Below, in pieces: positions 28,653-38,754 of a DNA stretch of 55,478 nucleotides (positions are counted from its first letter, which is position 1; every line of letters starts with the position of its first letter). A program made the translations under genes and the position numbers. Under the pieces are notes generated by a model, which was not told the DNA's origin, searched no databases, and saw only the letters and a list, made by a program, of their open reading frames with translations. The DNA comes from Thermoplasmata archaeon (lineage in GTDB: Archaea; Thermoplasmatota; Thermoplasmata; Thermoplasmatales; GCA-001856825): the NCBI GenBank assembly GCA_021787125.1, contig JAJYMI010000007.1:1-55478 (forward strand), read 5' to 3'.

Positions 28653-30065
28653 GTGCACACTGTTCTGGATTCTAGGATATTGGATGCAAACGCAGAAGCA
28701 TCCGGTACAAGAATGGAGGGGCTAATGGATAATGCGGGCAGTGCAGTTGCAAAGCTTGTTGGATCTCTCAGACCCAATAAAATATTGATAGTCTGTGGGA
28801 GCGGAAATAACGGTGGAGATGGATACACGGCAGCGTCGCTTCTGAAAAAGGAGGGATTTTCCGTTGAATGCCTTCCGGTCGTGCCACCTGCGAGCGAGCT
28901 CTGCAGGAAGAAATACGGCACGTACCTGAGACAGAAGGGAAAGATTGCTCGTTCGGTGAAGAAAGGAGAATACGACATCGTTGTTGATGCACTCCTGGGC
29001 GTTGGAATTTCTGGACCTCCCAGGGAGCCATACTCGTCTGCGATAGATCTGGTCAACGGATACGGAGCGACGATCGTTTCTGTGGACGTCCCTTCGGGAT
29101 TTCCATCCGATCACTCTGTCAAGCCAGCTTATACGGTTACTATGCAGTTCAAGAAGCAGGGAATGTCAAAGTCCAACAGCGGAAACCTTCTGGTGGCGGA
29201 TGTCGGTTTCCCAAGAGAGACAATCGATATGATCGGACCGGGCGACCTGATGGCATTTCCAACTTCCTCAAGCAATTCACACAAGGGAGAGAACGGAATA
29301 TGCGTAATGGTCGGCGGAAGCGAGAAGTTTTTTGGCGCACCCCTCTACATGGCGGAGTCAGCTCTTCGGATGGGACCGGACCTTGTAGATCTGTTCACTC
29401 CATCCTGCATCCACGAATACGTTGCATCAAACTGTCAGGGAGTAATTCTCAAGAAGTCCGGAATCACGAATATCGAGTTCAACTACGAGCTCATGAAGAT
29501 TCTGAGGGAGAGAGCGGATTCGCTGGCAATCGGGCCCGGTATATCCAGGAGCGAAGTGGCGCTGGACGAAGCTTCGAAGATAATCGATTTTACACTGTCG
29601 CTCGGGAAGAGCATGGTGATAGACGCCGACGCGCTTGAGGCTTCACTATCCATGGACGACTTCAAGGGAACTGCTGTGCTCACGCCGCACAGGGGTGAGT
29701 TCAGATCCACGTTCGGACTTGACCCGACTGAAGAGAATGCCAAGAGAGTCGCCAAGAGGATCAATGCCGTTTTATTCGTGAAAGGGGAAATAGACTTCGT
29801 AACGGACGGTGAAACACTAAAGAAGAACAGGTCTTACCATCACCAGAGCATGACCAGGGGAGGGACGGGGGACGTCGTTACGGGAGCGGTCGCTGGTCTT
29901 CTCTCAAGAAAAGTGGATGCTTTACATTCTGCCTTCCTTGCCTCCTACATAGTCGGTCAGGCAGGCCTAAACGCATTCAAGAGAATGGGAGATGGATACC
30001 TGATATCCGACCTGATAGATACAATTCCAGAGGTATTGGTTTCTAAAAGTAAACAAAATTCTTAA
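28653..30065 (+). CDS. nnr: Bifunctional NAD(P)HX epimerase/dehydratase (YjeF)
   Basis: LMDNAG, GNNGGDG, VDALLG.G, VDVPSG, HKGENG, DADAL, LTPH.GEF, GGTGDV. Confidence 0.96.
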   Translation: MHTVLDSRILDANAEASGTRMEGLMDNAGSAVAKLVGSLRPNKILIVCGSGNNGGDGYTAASLLKKEGFSVECLPVVPPASELCRKKYGTYLRQKGKIARSVKKGEYDIVVDALLGVGISGPPREPYSSAIDLVNGYGATIVSVDVPSGFPSDHSVKPAYTVTMQFKKQGMSKSNSGNLLVADVGFPRETIDMIGPGDLMAFPTSSSNSHKGENGICVMVGGSEKFFGAPLYMAESALRMGPDLVDLFTPSCIHEYVASNCQGVILKKSGITNIEFNYELMKILRERADSLAIGPGISRSEVALDEASKIIDFTLSLGKSMVIDADALEASLSMDDFKGTAVLTPHRGEFRSTFGLDPTEENAKRVAKRINAVLFVKGEIDFVTDGETLKKNRSYHHQSMTRGGTGDVVTGAVAGLLSRKVDALHSAFLASYIVGQAGLNAFKRMGDGYLISDLIDTIPEVLVSKSKQNS

Positions 30066-30086
30066 CCAACCTATCGATTCGCAATC

Positions 30087-31187
30087 ATGGTGTCCGTAGG
30101 AGAAATTATGACCACAAAAGTGATTACTTTGACTGCTGACGATTTTATCTCTACGGCAATTGCTAAGATGAGTGACAATAAGGTGCACCACATCCCCATA
30201 GTCGACGAAAAGGGGGGGTACATCGGAATGCTTGATTACAACCTCTTGTTCAAGAGGGAATCCATACCGGTGACCACAAAGATCAAGACCATTATGGAGA
30301 GAACCCCTTCGATAGCCTCTGATGCGTCCATAGCCGAAGCGGCTAGGCTCATGGTTGATAGTGGTCTGAAGGCACTTCCGGTCCTAGAAAAGAACAAGAT
30401 CAAGGGAATTGTGACGTCGACCGACATCGTGCATTCAGTAAATTCCATTCCAGAGGTCGCGAACCTGACTGCCTCTGAAATTATGTCGGGAGAACCCATA
30501 ACCGTCACCGAGAATGACGATCTCGTGGAAGCGCTGAGGAAGATGAGAAGCATTGACGAGACGAGCATACCGGTCGTGGACAAGGATGGAAAGATCTCTG
30601 GACTTGTAAACATCAATGACATAAGCAAGGAGCTCTGGAGAGAGAGGGGAAAGATGAGACAGGGAGAATATTACAGGAACAAGGTCAGATCCACGGTAAA
30701 GGATGTAATGGTCTCACCTCTGGTTATCAATGGAGACCAGAACATGTCTACCTGCATGGAGGAGATGATAGACTCCGACGCCAGAGTATGCACAGTCGTC
30801 GACGAGAACATGATCCCTGAGGGGGTCATAAGTCAGAGCGACATACTTGCTGAGATCGTGAAGGGTTCTCCCGGGAAGACCGTCCTTGTCAATCTGTCCG
30901 GTGCAAAGTTTGAGGACCCCGAGGTCTACGATAAGCTGTATTCCATAATAGAAAAATCCGCCAAATCAATTGCAAAATTGAAGCGCATGAGACCAATGCT
31001 GATCAGCATCCACATCGAGGAATACAACCAGACCGGGAAGGAGGTCAAATACTCCATAAGGGGGAAGATGGTCACAGAGTCCAAGACGTTCTTTTCCAGG
31101 AGCTGGGACTGGAACGTATTCAGGGCGATCAAAGAACTGATGGGTCAGTTCGAAAAGATGGTCGAGAAGAACAAGACATACAGGTAG
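30087..31187 (+). CDS. Four-CBS-domain protein with C-terminal HPF/RaiA-like domain
   Basis: Four CBS repeats (e.g. IPVVDKDGKISGLV) followed by a domain of about 100 aa ending SWDWNVFRAIKELMGQFEKMV. Confidence 0.85.
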   Translation: MVSVGEIMTTKVITLTADDFISTAIAKMSDNKVHHIPIVDEKGGYIGMLDYNLLFKRESIPVTTKIKTIMERTPSIASDASIAEAARLMVDSGLKALPVLEKNKIKGIVTSTDIVHSVNSIPEVANLTASEIMSGEPITVTENDDLVEALRKMRSIDETSIPVVDKDGKISGLVNINDISKELWRERGKMRQGEYYRNKVRSTVKDVMVSPLVINGDQNMSTCMEEMIDSDARVCTVVDENMIPEGVISQSDILAEIVKGSPGKTVLVNLSGAKFEDPEVYDKLYSIIEKSAKSIAKLKRMRPMLISIHIEEYNQTGKEVKYSIRGKMVTESKTFFSRSWDWNVFRAIKELMGQFEKMVEKNKTYR

Positions 31188-31200
31188 AGGGGGACGGGCA

Positions 31201-32583
31201 ATGGAAGAATTCGTGGATAAGGCACTAGATTATGCCTCGAAGAGAGCAAGATTTGCAGAGGTAAGGTTTTTCTCGTCTTTCAAGAACGTGGTTCTCCTGA
31301 AGAATGGAACGATCTCAGCCACGGGCTATTCCGTCGATTCTGGATTGGCGATAAGGTTGTTGAACAGATCCATAGCGTTCTCGTCAATCAATGTCGCAAG
31401 CTGGGACAGGATCAGGGAAGAAATAGATAGGGCAGTGAGAATTTCTGAGACGCCTGGAAGAAACAAATTTTCAAATGAACCCACCTTTCGGGATTCCTGG
31501 GAAGTAGAGCAGAGCAAGAAAATTGAGGATGTGAGTTTCGAAGAAAGGATATCCAGGATGAGAGAGCTGGATGATCTGCTCAGGAATGAAAAGGTCTCCA
31601 TGCGAATACTATCGTTGAGCGACACCGTCGAACAGGAGTACAACACCAATTCAGAGGGTATGGCGCTCAGATCGAGGCTTCCAAAGGTGTCGTTTTTCGC
31701 AATGTTGGGATTCATGGAGAATGGTAGTTTTGAACAGGGCACCGTGGAAGTGGGATACTCCGGAGGGTATGAAGCCCTTGACAGGTGGAAACTCGACGAG
31801 AGACTCAAGCACGAGTCTGATGTGCTCAAGAGTGCTGCAAGTGCAAAGAAGCTGGGAGATGGCCAATACGACCTGGTTGCCGGTCCTGAGATTTCTGGCA
31901 TTGTGGCTCACGAGAGCGCCGGCCATCCAACCGAATCGGACAGAATACTCGGAAGGGAGATGGCCCAGGCGGGAGAGTCATTCATAAGAAAGGGGGACAG
32001 GGGAAGAAGGGTAGGATCCGGGATAGTCAACCTGGTCGACGATCCAACTATGAGCAACAGCTTTGGATTCTACAAGTACGACAGAGACGGGGTGAGGGCA
32101 AGGAAGAGATATCTCTACAAGGATGGACTCATAAGTGAATTCCTCAGCAACCGAGAGAGCGCGGGCAGACTGGAGGAGGCGAGTAATGGAGCGTCCAGAT
32201 CTTCCGAGTGGGATAAGGAACCTCTCGTGAGAATGAGCACCACCTACATTGAGCCGAGAGATTACGGTTTCGAAGAGCTCATAGAGGACGTGAGGGAGGG
32301 AATATACATGAAGAGTTTCACAGAATGGAACATCGACGATATAAGGCTCAATGAAAAGTACGTCGGAAGAGAGGCATATCACATTCAAAACGGTGAGATC
32401 AAGGAGGCTGTCAGAAGACCCGTGATCGAAACTACGACGATCAACTTTTACTCATCAATAGACGCGATTGGAAACGACCTGGAGTTTTCCGCGGGTACCT
32501 GCGGCAAGGGTGATCCAATGCAAGGAGTAGATGTGTGGATGGGAGGACCCCACATCAGACTTAGAAATCTCAACGTGAGGTGA
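31201..32583 (+). CDS. tldD: TldD family metalloprotease
   Basis: HESAGH metal motif, DDPT, PLVRMS, GTCGKG. Confidence 0.92.
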   Translation: MEEFVDKALDYASKRARFAEVRFFSSFKNVVLLKNGTISATGYSVDSGLAIRLLNRSIAFSSINVASWDRIREEIDRAVRISETPGRNKFSNEPTFRDSWEVEQSKKIEDVSFEERISRMRELDDLLRNEKVSMRILSLSDTVEQEYNTNSEGMALRSRLPKVSFFAMLGFMENGSFEQGTVEVGYSGGYEALDRWKLDERLKHESDVLKSAASAKKLGDGQYDLVAGPEISGIVAHESAGHPTESDRILGREMAQAGESFIRKGDRGRRVGSGIVNLVDDPTMSNSFGFYKYDRDGVRARKRYLYKDGLISEFLSNRESAGRLEEASNGASRSSEWDKEPLVRMSTTYIEPRDYGFEELIEDVREGIYMKSFTEWNIDDIRLNEKYVGREAYHIQNGEIKEAVRRPVIETTTINFYSSIDAIGNDLEFSAGTCGKGDPMQGVDVWMGGPHIRLRNLNVR

Positions 32584-32589
32584 ACCGAA

Positions 32590-33888
32590 ATGGACATAGA
32601 GAAAATTTACGCTAAACTGGAGAGACGCGTTGGTCAGGCTGCGGTAAAACTCACAAGATCGAGAGTCGCCCAGGTTAGATTTTCTAACAACCTGATAGAC
32701 ATCAGCAACGAATGGAACGAAGAGTCTGCGACTGTATTCCTTGCGAAGAACGGGAGAACATTCATATTCGATCTGAAGAGCGAGGATGACATTGAAAAGA
32801 CGTCCACCCGAGCATTCTCCGCACTGGAGACCATAGAGAAGAATGAAGATTTTTTCAGCCTCAACGATAAGAAGAACACGTACAGAAAGAAGAAGATGAG
32901 AGACGGGAGACTGAGAGAAATTCAGGGACAGACTTTTGTCAACGATTTCATTGATGAGGTCAAGCCGTTCGTGAGAAGAGTGGGCGGAGTCTTTTACAAG
33001 AAGGACGTTGAGGAGGAGATTCTGACCCCATTTAATAGCGGCACCGAAAGGCAGTTTGGAGTGGAGTTTGTCTCAAGAGCATTCAATGACGATGACTACC
33101 CCGTTCAAACATCGTTCGCAACATCAACTGACGATGACATTCAGAAACTGACAAACCAGGTGGACGAGATACTGAACCTCACTAGAAGGGTGAAAAATAT
33201 AAAGGAGGGAAGGGAGGGGAAGTACAGTGTGATCTTTAGCCCTCTCTGCTTCGCCTCGATAGTTTCCTACACTCTACCAATGGCTTCTGCATTTCAGATC
33301 GATTCCGGAATGTCAATGTTCGCTGACAGAATGGGTGAAAGGATCGGGAGTTCTGGTCTGACAGTTTACGACGACCCTTCGGATGATACTATGTTCAACT
33401 CCAGGAGCTTCGATGAGGAAGGGAGTCCTACCAAGAAAACTCCCGTCATAGAGAGAGGAGTCGTCAGGAATTTCCTCCACAACTTCTCTACCGCCAAGAA
33501 ATACGGAGTGGAAACCACAGGGAATGCCGGCATTGTCAACCCTGGACCATGGCAGATTTCGGTAGAGCCGGGTAACGAAGACGTTGAGGACATGATCTCA
33601 TCGACGAAAAAGGGCCTCTTCATCAACAACACTTGGTATACCAGATTCCAGGACTACAGGGAGGGAATACTTTCCACGATTCCGAGAGACGGTATCTTCT
33701 ACATCGAAAATGGGGAGATTACGGAGAGCTGGGGAGGGATAAGGATATCCGATTCGCTCCTTCACATCTACAAGAATATTGAAGGCATCAGCAGTGAAAC
33801 TGGCAAGGTGAAATGGTGGGACGAAACTATGTTCACTAAGTCACCGTTTGTCGCAGTAGCAGAGGTGAACATTTCCAGGAGCAGATAG
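32590..33888 (+). CDS. TldE/PmbA family protein
   Basis: VRFSNN, FDEEG.PT, TTGNAG; lacks HExxxH; adjacent to tldD. Confidence 0.9.
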   Translation: MDIEKIYAKLERRVGQAAVKLTRSRVAQVRFSNNLIDISNEWNEESATVFLAKNGRTFIFDLKSEDDIEKTSTRAFSALETIEKNEDFFSLNDKKNTYRKKKMRDGRLREIQGQTFVNDFIDEVKPFVRRVGGVFYKKDVEEEILTPFNSGTERQFGVEFVSRAFNDDDYPVQTSFATSTDDDIQKLTNQVDEILNLTRRVKNIKEGREGKYSVIFSPLCFASIVSYTLPMASAFQIDSGMSMFADRMGERIGSSGLTVYDDPSDDTMFNSRSFDEEGSPTKKTPVIERGVVRNFLHNFSTAKKYGVETTGNAGIVNPGPWQISVEPGNEDVEDMISSTKKGLFINNTWYTRFQDYREGILSTIPRDGIFYIENGEITESWGGIRISDSLLHIYKNIEGISSETGKVKWWDETMFTKSPFVAVAEVNISRSR

Positions 33889-33969
33889 CTATGAATCTAG
33901 GCGATTTGGCGTCGATTCCGTGGAGGAATATTGTAGAAATATAGATATATTAAATTAAGTTAGGCAATA

Positions 33970-34010
33970 GCTCACTGCCCCTTGGCCCCTCCTATCGGGC
34001 AGTGAGTTTT
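33970..34010. terminator. GC-rich hairpin between convergent genes
   Basis: CTCACTGCCC / GGGCAGTGAG perfect 10-bp stem with 16-nt loop, followed by TTTT. Confidence 0.45.
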
Positions 34011-34191
34011 ATGCTTCGTTTCGAATGACTTAACGGTGTGAAAATTTTGATCTGAATCATGGAAATTTCATGATTCATTTTTTTCAATTCCAGCTACTCA
34101 CAAAAAGTTCCAAAAGATTACTGTTCGTCGAATCGTCTCGCGAAAGATCGTATCTTCTCAGGAATCTTGCCTCATACTAGCGGTCTGTGTT

Positions 34192-34509
34192 CTATCTTGC
34201 TTTACTTTTCCTTGAGATGAACAGCACCTTACCGATCACATCCCTCCTGCCTATGCTTCCAAATGTGTTACTGTCTGTGCTCCTGATCCTGTTATCACCC
34301 TCAACAAAGTATCTCTGTTCTCCATCAGTTCTTGAGACGCTCTTCACTCTCTTGATCATCATCTTTCCGTCATTGGGACTTGTAAGAATGATTACTTCGC
34401 CAATTCTTGGCCTCAGAAAGACTCGAGTGGAAATAGCATAATCTCCATCCATAGCGAACGGCCTCATGCTGTTCCCACTTATCTTTAGGACAAATACGGG
34501 ACTCTTCAT
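34192..34509 (-). CDS. sodX: Nickel-SOD maturation protease (S26 family)
   Basis: GNSMRP (Ser), MIKRV (Lys), EGDN..STDS..FG; start abuts the sodN stop. Confidence 0.88.
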   Translation of the reverse strand: MKSPVFVLKISGNSMRPFAMDGDYAISTRVFLRPRIGEVIILTSPNDGKMMIKRVKSVSRTDGEQRYFVEGDNRIRSTDSNTFGSIGRRDVIGKVLFISRKSKAR

Positions 34510-35034
34510 CTACAGCTGTGGATAGACTATTTCTTCCCTGGGCTCGTATGGCGCCTTTGCTCTCTTTGTCTTTATTCCCTTTGTTTCCCAGAATATTTCT
34601 GCGAACCTGTTCACTTCGTTCAAGAGCTTCATTGCAGCTTCCCTGTCTGGTTCCTGTTTTGCCTTGCTTCCGTATTTCATTATGTTCCAAACGATCTCGT
34701 GAAGATCGGGGTGTAACTTGACGTGATCTGGTTTGATATAGTCACCCCAGATTATCCTGACCTCGTGCTTGCAGAGCTCGGCGTGCTTCTCCTTTATTTC
34801 CACTGCTCTCGCTATGTCGTGAGAATAATCCATGATTTCTTCTGGCTTGCTGGCGGTTGGTTTTGGAATGTTGTTGATCAGGTCGACCATTCTGACTACC
34901 GTGAGTGCAGACAGCTGTGCTAAATGAGGATCGTATATTCCACAAGGGAAATCACAGTGCGCAAAAGCGGTATCAAATTCTAGTCTCTCGTCCATCCTGT
35001 CCAATATCCCTGTAATCACATTTTTTTCTCCCAT
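34510..35034 (-). CDS. sodN: Nickel superoxide dismutase precursor
   Basis: 25-aa leader ending AFA, then nickel hook HCDFPCGIYDP; KEKHAELCKHEVRIIWGDY; FAEIFWETK. Confidence 0.96.
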   Translation of the reverse strand: MGEKNVITGILDRMDERLEFDTAFAHCDFPCGIYDPHLAQLSALTVVRMVDLINNIPKPTASKPEEIMDYSHDIARAVEIKEKHAELCKHEVRIIWGDYIKPDHVKLHPDLHEIVWNIMKYGSKAKQEPDREAAMKLLNEVNRFAEIFWETKGIKTKRAKAPYEPREEIVYPQL

Positions 35035-35202
35035 GGTATCACTATTTTATGATGAGACTTAGTATTATAGAATTTTCGTCCATATTGTCAATAAAATCCA
35101 ACGGTTTGCAAATGCATCTCACCTATCGAAACGCAACTCCAACTAGCTGGAATTTCTGTGATTATCACCGTGGCATATTGCTGCCAAGATCAACTTCGAA
35201 CT

Positions 35203-36345
35203 CTATTCTTTGAGCAGTGCTTTGGCAATGACTATCTTCCTTATCTCTGTGGTTCCCGCTCCGATCTCGTAGAGTATCGCGTCCCTCAGATACCTCTCCA
35301 AGGGATAGTCCTCTGTGTAACCGTATCCACCAAAGATCTGAAGGGCTTCCTTCGCAACCTGGGTTGCAGTCTCTGAAGCGAACATTATTGATGCCGCTGC
35401 AAAGGATGGATCCGATATCTTATCGCTCACAAACACTGCAGCCTTGTATGCAAGCAGTCTGGCCGCCTCAAGCCTCGTGAACATGTACGCTAATTTTTCC
35501 TGAATCAGCTCGAACTCTCCTATCTTCTTTCCGAACTGTTCCCTCTGATTGCTGTATTTGATCGCTTCGTCCAGTGCCCGTCTTGCGATGCCGAGGGGGC
35601 CAAATGCTAGAACTGCCCTCTCAGCATTCAGACCCTGATAGATAATGTTCCTCGCTTGTCCCTCCCCCTTTACAATCCTGTCTCGGTCCACGGTAATGTT
35701 CCTGAAGACGACTTCTCCGGTAGGCGAGCCCCTCATTCCTAGCTTCATTATTTTCCTGGGGGTTTCAATTCCGTCAGCCTTCTCAAGGATGAATGCAGAG
35801 TACGATTTCCCATTCCTTGCATAGACCAGGAAGACATCGGCCACTGGTGCGTTCGTTATGAATGTCTTGGATCCGTTGATTTCATATTGCCCGCCCTTCT
35901 GCTCATATATCGTTTTCATTCCTCCAAGGGCGTCTGAGCCAGCACCGGGTTCCGTAAGGCACAACGATCCGATTTTCTCCCCCGAAACTAGGCCCGGAAG
36001 ATATCTTTCCTTCTGTTCCTTGCTAGCGTTCCTGTGAATGTTATCGACAACCAGATTGTTGTGAGCACCGTACGAAAGCCCAAAAGATCCAGAGTAGTAT
36101 GAAATCTCTTCTAGGGCAACTCCCTCCGTGAGATAATCCATTCCAGCTCCTCCGTATTCCTGAGAAATGGTCAGCCCGAGCATACCGAGCTTTCCCATTT
36201 CCCTGAATAGTCCGATTGGAAAGTGATCTTCCTTATCCATTTTGGCGGCAATGGGTTCGATCTTTTTCTGGGAAAATTCTCTGACAAGATCCCTTATCGC
36301 GAGAGTGTCGTCCGGAAGCTTGAAATCCATAGTCTTTCCGTTCAT
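35203..36345 (-). CDS. Acyl-CoA dehydrogenase (isovaleryl-CoA DH-like)
   Basis: CLTEPGAGSD, NGSKTFITN, QIFGGYGY, EIGAGTTEIRK. Confidence 0.93.
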   Translation of the reverse strand: MNGKTMDFKLPDDTLAIRDLVREFSQKKIEPIAAKMDKEDHFPIGLFREMGKLGMLGLTISQEYGGAGMDYLTEGVALEEISYYSGSFGLSYGAHNNLVVDNIHRNASKEQKERYLPGLVSGEKIGSLCLTEPGAGSDALGGMKTIYEQKGGQYEINGSKTFITNAPVADVFLVYARNGKSYSAFILEKADGIETPRKIMKLGMRGSPTGEVVFRNITVDRDRIVKGEGQARNIIYQGLNAERAVLAFGPLGIARRALDEAIKYSNQREQFGKKIGEFELIQEKLAYMFTRLEAARLLAYKAAVFVSDKISDPSFAAASIMFASETATQVAKEALQIFGGYGYTEDYPLERYLRDAILYEIGAGTTEIRKIVIAKALLKE

Positions 36346-36420
36346 TATCTATAGCCCAATTATAAGATTTGCCAGAAACTGCCAAAGGTTATTAGGACCA
36401 GAAATCTATAGAAGTGGACA

Positions 36421-37155
36421 ATGGAAATAGTGTTTCCAGACATACCTGAGTACCATTTCATCCTCAAGGGATTGTGTTCAGATAAGTTTACAGCATACCC
36501 GAGATTCGAGTGCGATGCCGTAGCTGATTTCGATAAAGAAATAACGGCAGATATCGCATTCGTACCGGCGCCTTTCGCAATGATGAGCGCCCACGGTTAC
36601 GTCCTCCTCAAGGCTGGAAATATTTTTTCCTATTTCTCAGGCCCACAGCTACTCTCTCCTCAGAAGGAAAACAAGGAGATCTTTGTGGGTGAGAAAGACT
36701 TCGTTTCGGAGTATTATGCGAAGATTCTGTTGAAGGATGTGGGTGTGAGGAGAGGGGATGGCTTCCCAGCACTCATGGAACCTAGAATTGCGATGCTGAA
36801 TGCTCACGAAATTCGAGAGAAGATTGACCTCTACGAAAAGTGGAGAGTCTTAGCTAATGATCTACCCTTCCCGCTCTACTGTGGGATGATAAAGAGATCA
36901 GCAAAGGGCCTCAAAGAAATAGTGGAGGGTGCAATAAACGCATCTGTAAAATACGCACTGAACAACTCTTCTGATATAATAAAGGAGATTGCGATGATGC
37001 AAAGAATAGAAAATTTCGAACTATTGAAGAGAGTGATGTTCCAGTTCATTAACAGGAACACCCTTGCAATCACTGAGGAAGAAGTGGAGTCACTCAGAGC
37101 GCTGAATCGGGAAATGGAAAACATGGGTTTCGCTGTATCGAAACTGAAATTTTGA
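36421..37155 (+). CDS. MqnA/MqnD-like protein (divergent)
   Basis: DLYEKW..LANDLPFPL and SVKYAL resemble the futalosine-pathway MqnD family. Confidence 0.55.
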   Translation: MEIVFPDIPEYHFILKGLCSDKFTAYPRFECDAVADFDKEITADIAFVPAPFAMMSAHGYVLLKAGNIFSYFSGPQLLSPQKENKEIFVGEKDFVSEYYAKILLKDVGVRRGDGFPALMEPRIAMLNAHEIREKIDLYEKWRVLANDLPFPLYCGMIKRSAKGLKEIVEGAINASVKYALNNSSDIIKEIAMMQRIENFELLKRVMFQFINRNTLAITEEEVESLRALNREMENMGFAVSKLKF

Positions 37156-37215
37156 GCCCTGCACGAAACCTGAAAGATGAGCACTTATTAATATCATAAA
37201 CTTTCATGATGAATT

Positions 37216-38148
37216 ATGGAGTACGTAGACGAAATCAGGTCCCTCGGGAATCAGCTTTCATTTCGAGGAAATATCGAGGTTCCTAGTGAAGTCGATAAGA
37301 TAGTGATAGCTGGGATGGGAGGTTCCGGGATAGCGGGGATGATCTTCAAGGATTGCTATACCAAGAAACCCGTGACACTGGTTAATTCATACAACATTCC
37401 GGATTTTGTCGATTCTAGCACGCTGTTTGTTGCAATAAGTTATTCTGGAAACACGGAGGAAACACTGGAAGCAACCAGAAAGGCGCGGAAACGAGGCGCT
37501 AGGATAAGAGCAATAACGACGGGAGGGAAGCTTGCAGAGATTGTGGAAAATGCAGTAATCATTCCAGACGGTTATCAGCCACGTTCCGCCGTCGGATTCC
37601 TCACCGTCCCTCTTCTAAGAGGTTTTGGATTGGTTGACGATTCTGAAATAGAGATAACTAAGAAATTGCTGTCAGGCTACGACGTATCTGTCGATCCTTA
37701 CAGGAAGTTTGCTGACGAGATGTACTCCAAACAGAAGATTCCTGTCATATTTGGAACTCCTGGGTTCGGCAGCGTCGCTTACAGATGGAAGACACAGTTC
37801 AACGAGAATGCAAAGGTACTGGCATATGCGACATCATTCCCGGAACTGAACCACAACGACACCATGGCCCTTGAAGGTACCTACAGGAAGGAAGAGTTCT
37901 ATTTCTTTGTCCTGACTCATCCATTGCTAGAAAAAGAGATCAGCAATAGGATCAAAATCACTTCAGACCTCTGCAAGATAGAGATTACGAGGGTTGAGGG
38001 AGAGGGTGCCACCCAGTTCTCTAACTTATTTACGCTGATACACAAGGGAGACTACATTTCGTACTATCTGGCGGAAAAGAGGGGAGTGGACCCAAGAAAT
38101 GTTGAGATCATAGAAAAACTCAAGAGAGGACTTAAGGGGTCTGTGTAA
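37216..38148 (+). CDS. Bifunctional phosphoglucose/phosphomannose isomerase
   Basis: GMGGSG, SYSGNTEET, QPRSA, RWKTQFNENAK, PELNHN. Confidence 0.95.
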   Translation: MEYVDEIRSLGNQLSFRGNIEVPSEVDKIVIAGMGGSGIAGMIFKDCYTKKPVTLVNSYNIPDFVDSSTLFVAISYSGNTEETLEATRKARKRGARIRAITTGGKLAEIVENAVIIPDGYQPRSAVGFLTVPLLRGFGLVDDSEIEITKKLLSGYDVSVDPYRKFADEMYSKQKIPVIFGTPGFGSVAYRWKTQFNENAKVLAYATSFPELNHNDTMALEGTYRKEEFYFFVLTHPLLEKEISNRIKITSDLCKIEITRVEGEGATQFSNLFTLIHKGDYISYYLAEKRGVDPRNVEIIEKLKRGLKGSV

Positions 38149-38223
38149 CCGCATTTGTGCAGAAGTGATTCCTAAATCGCTTCGCTATTGCCCCTAGCCT
38201 CTAAACATAATTATTAATATGAA

Positions 38224-38601
38224 GTGTCTTTAGACCATGAAATCGAGATGACGGTTATAAAAAGGGAGGAGCTGGTTACAGCCCTTAACGTTATATTCAA
38301 ACCGTCTGGGATGAACCAAAAGGAAATTGAGGAACTTGCAGACTACGTACTCAGCTTCTTCGGATTTGAAGATACCCTGGTAGACAACATTCTGTCTCAA
38401 CAGGACAGAGATGTCTTCTATACTCTGGAGGAGACCGGAATACTCTCTACGAGCAGCGAAGACATAACACTGATGAAGGGGAAGACCTGGAGAATTCACT
38501 ACTGGCACATCAACGACCTCAAGATCAAGAACATCCTAAGCACTCGAAAGGAAGGGGAAGAGAACATCTACGACAAGATCTTCAAAGAGGAACTCAGATA
38601 G
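38224..38601 (+). CDS. DUF6015-like Thermoplasmata protein
   Basis: VLSFFGF...DNIL...DRDVFY.LEE.GIL...G.TWRIHYW pattern. Confidence 0.7.
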   Translation: MSLDHEIEMTVIKREELVTALNVIFKPSGMNQKEIEELADYVLSFFGFEDTLVDNILSQQDRDVFYTLEETGILSTSSEDITLMKGKTWRIHYWHINDLKIKNILSTRKEGEENIYDKIFKEELR

Positions 38602-38754
38602 AAGTTCAAAACTCTGAGATTGAAGAGCAGCAGCTTGACTACAGTTTTCCGCTGTTGAAATCTACAAAAACACGCCTTCAGCATTCAACGATAAACTCTA
38701 CCTGCTTCCCTCAAACTCCTAACATTATTATAATCACTCACCATTACTCAATTG

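Noticed and set aside
31201..35034. Idea that TldD/E processes the SodN leader
   Set aside because: A dedicated SodX is present, and tldDE is convergent and belongs to a different operon
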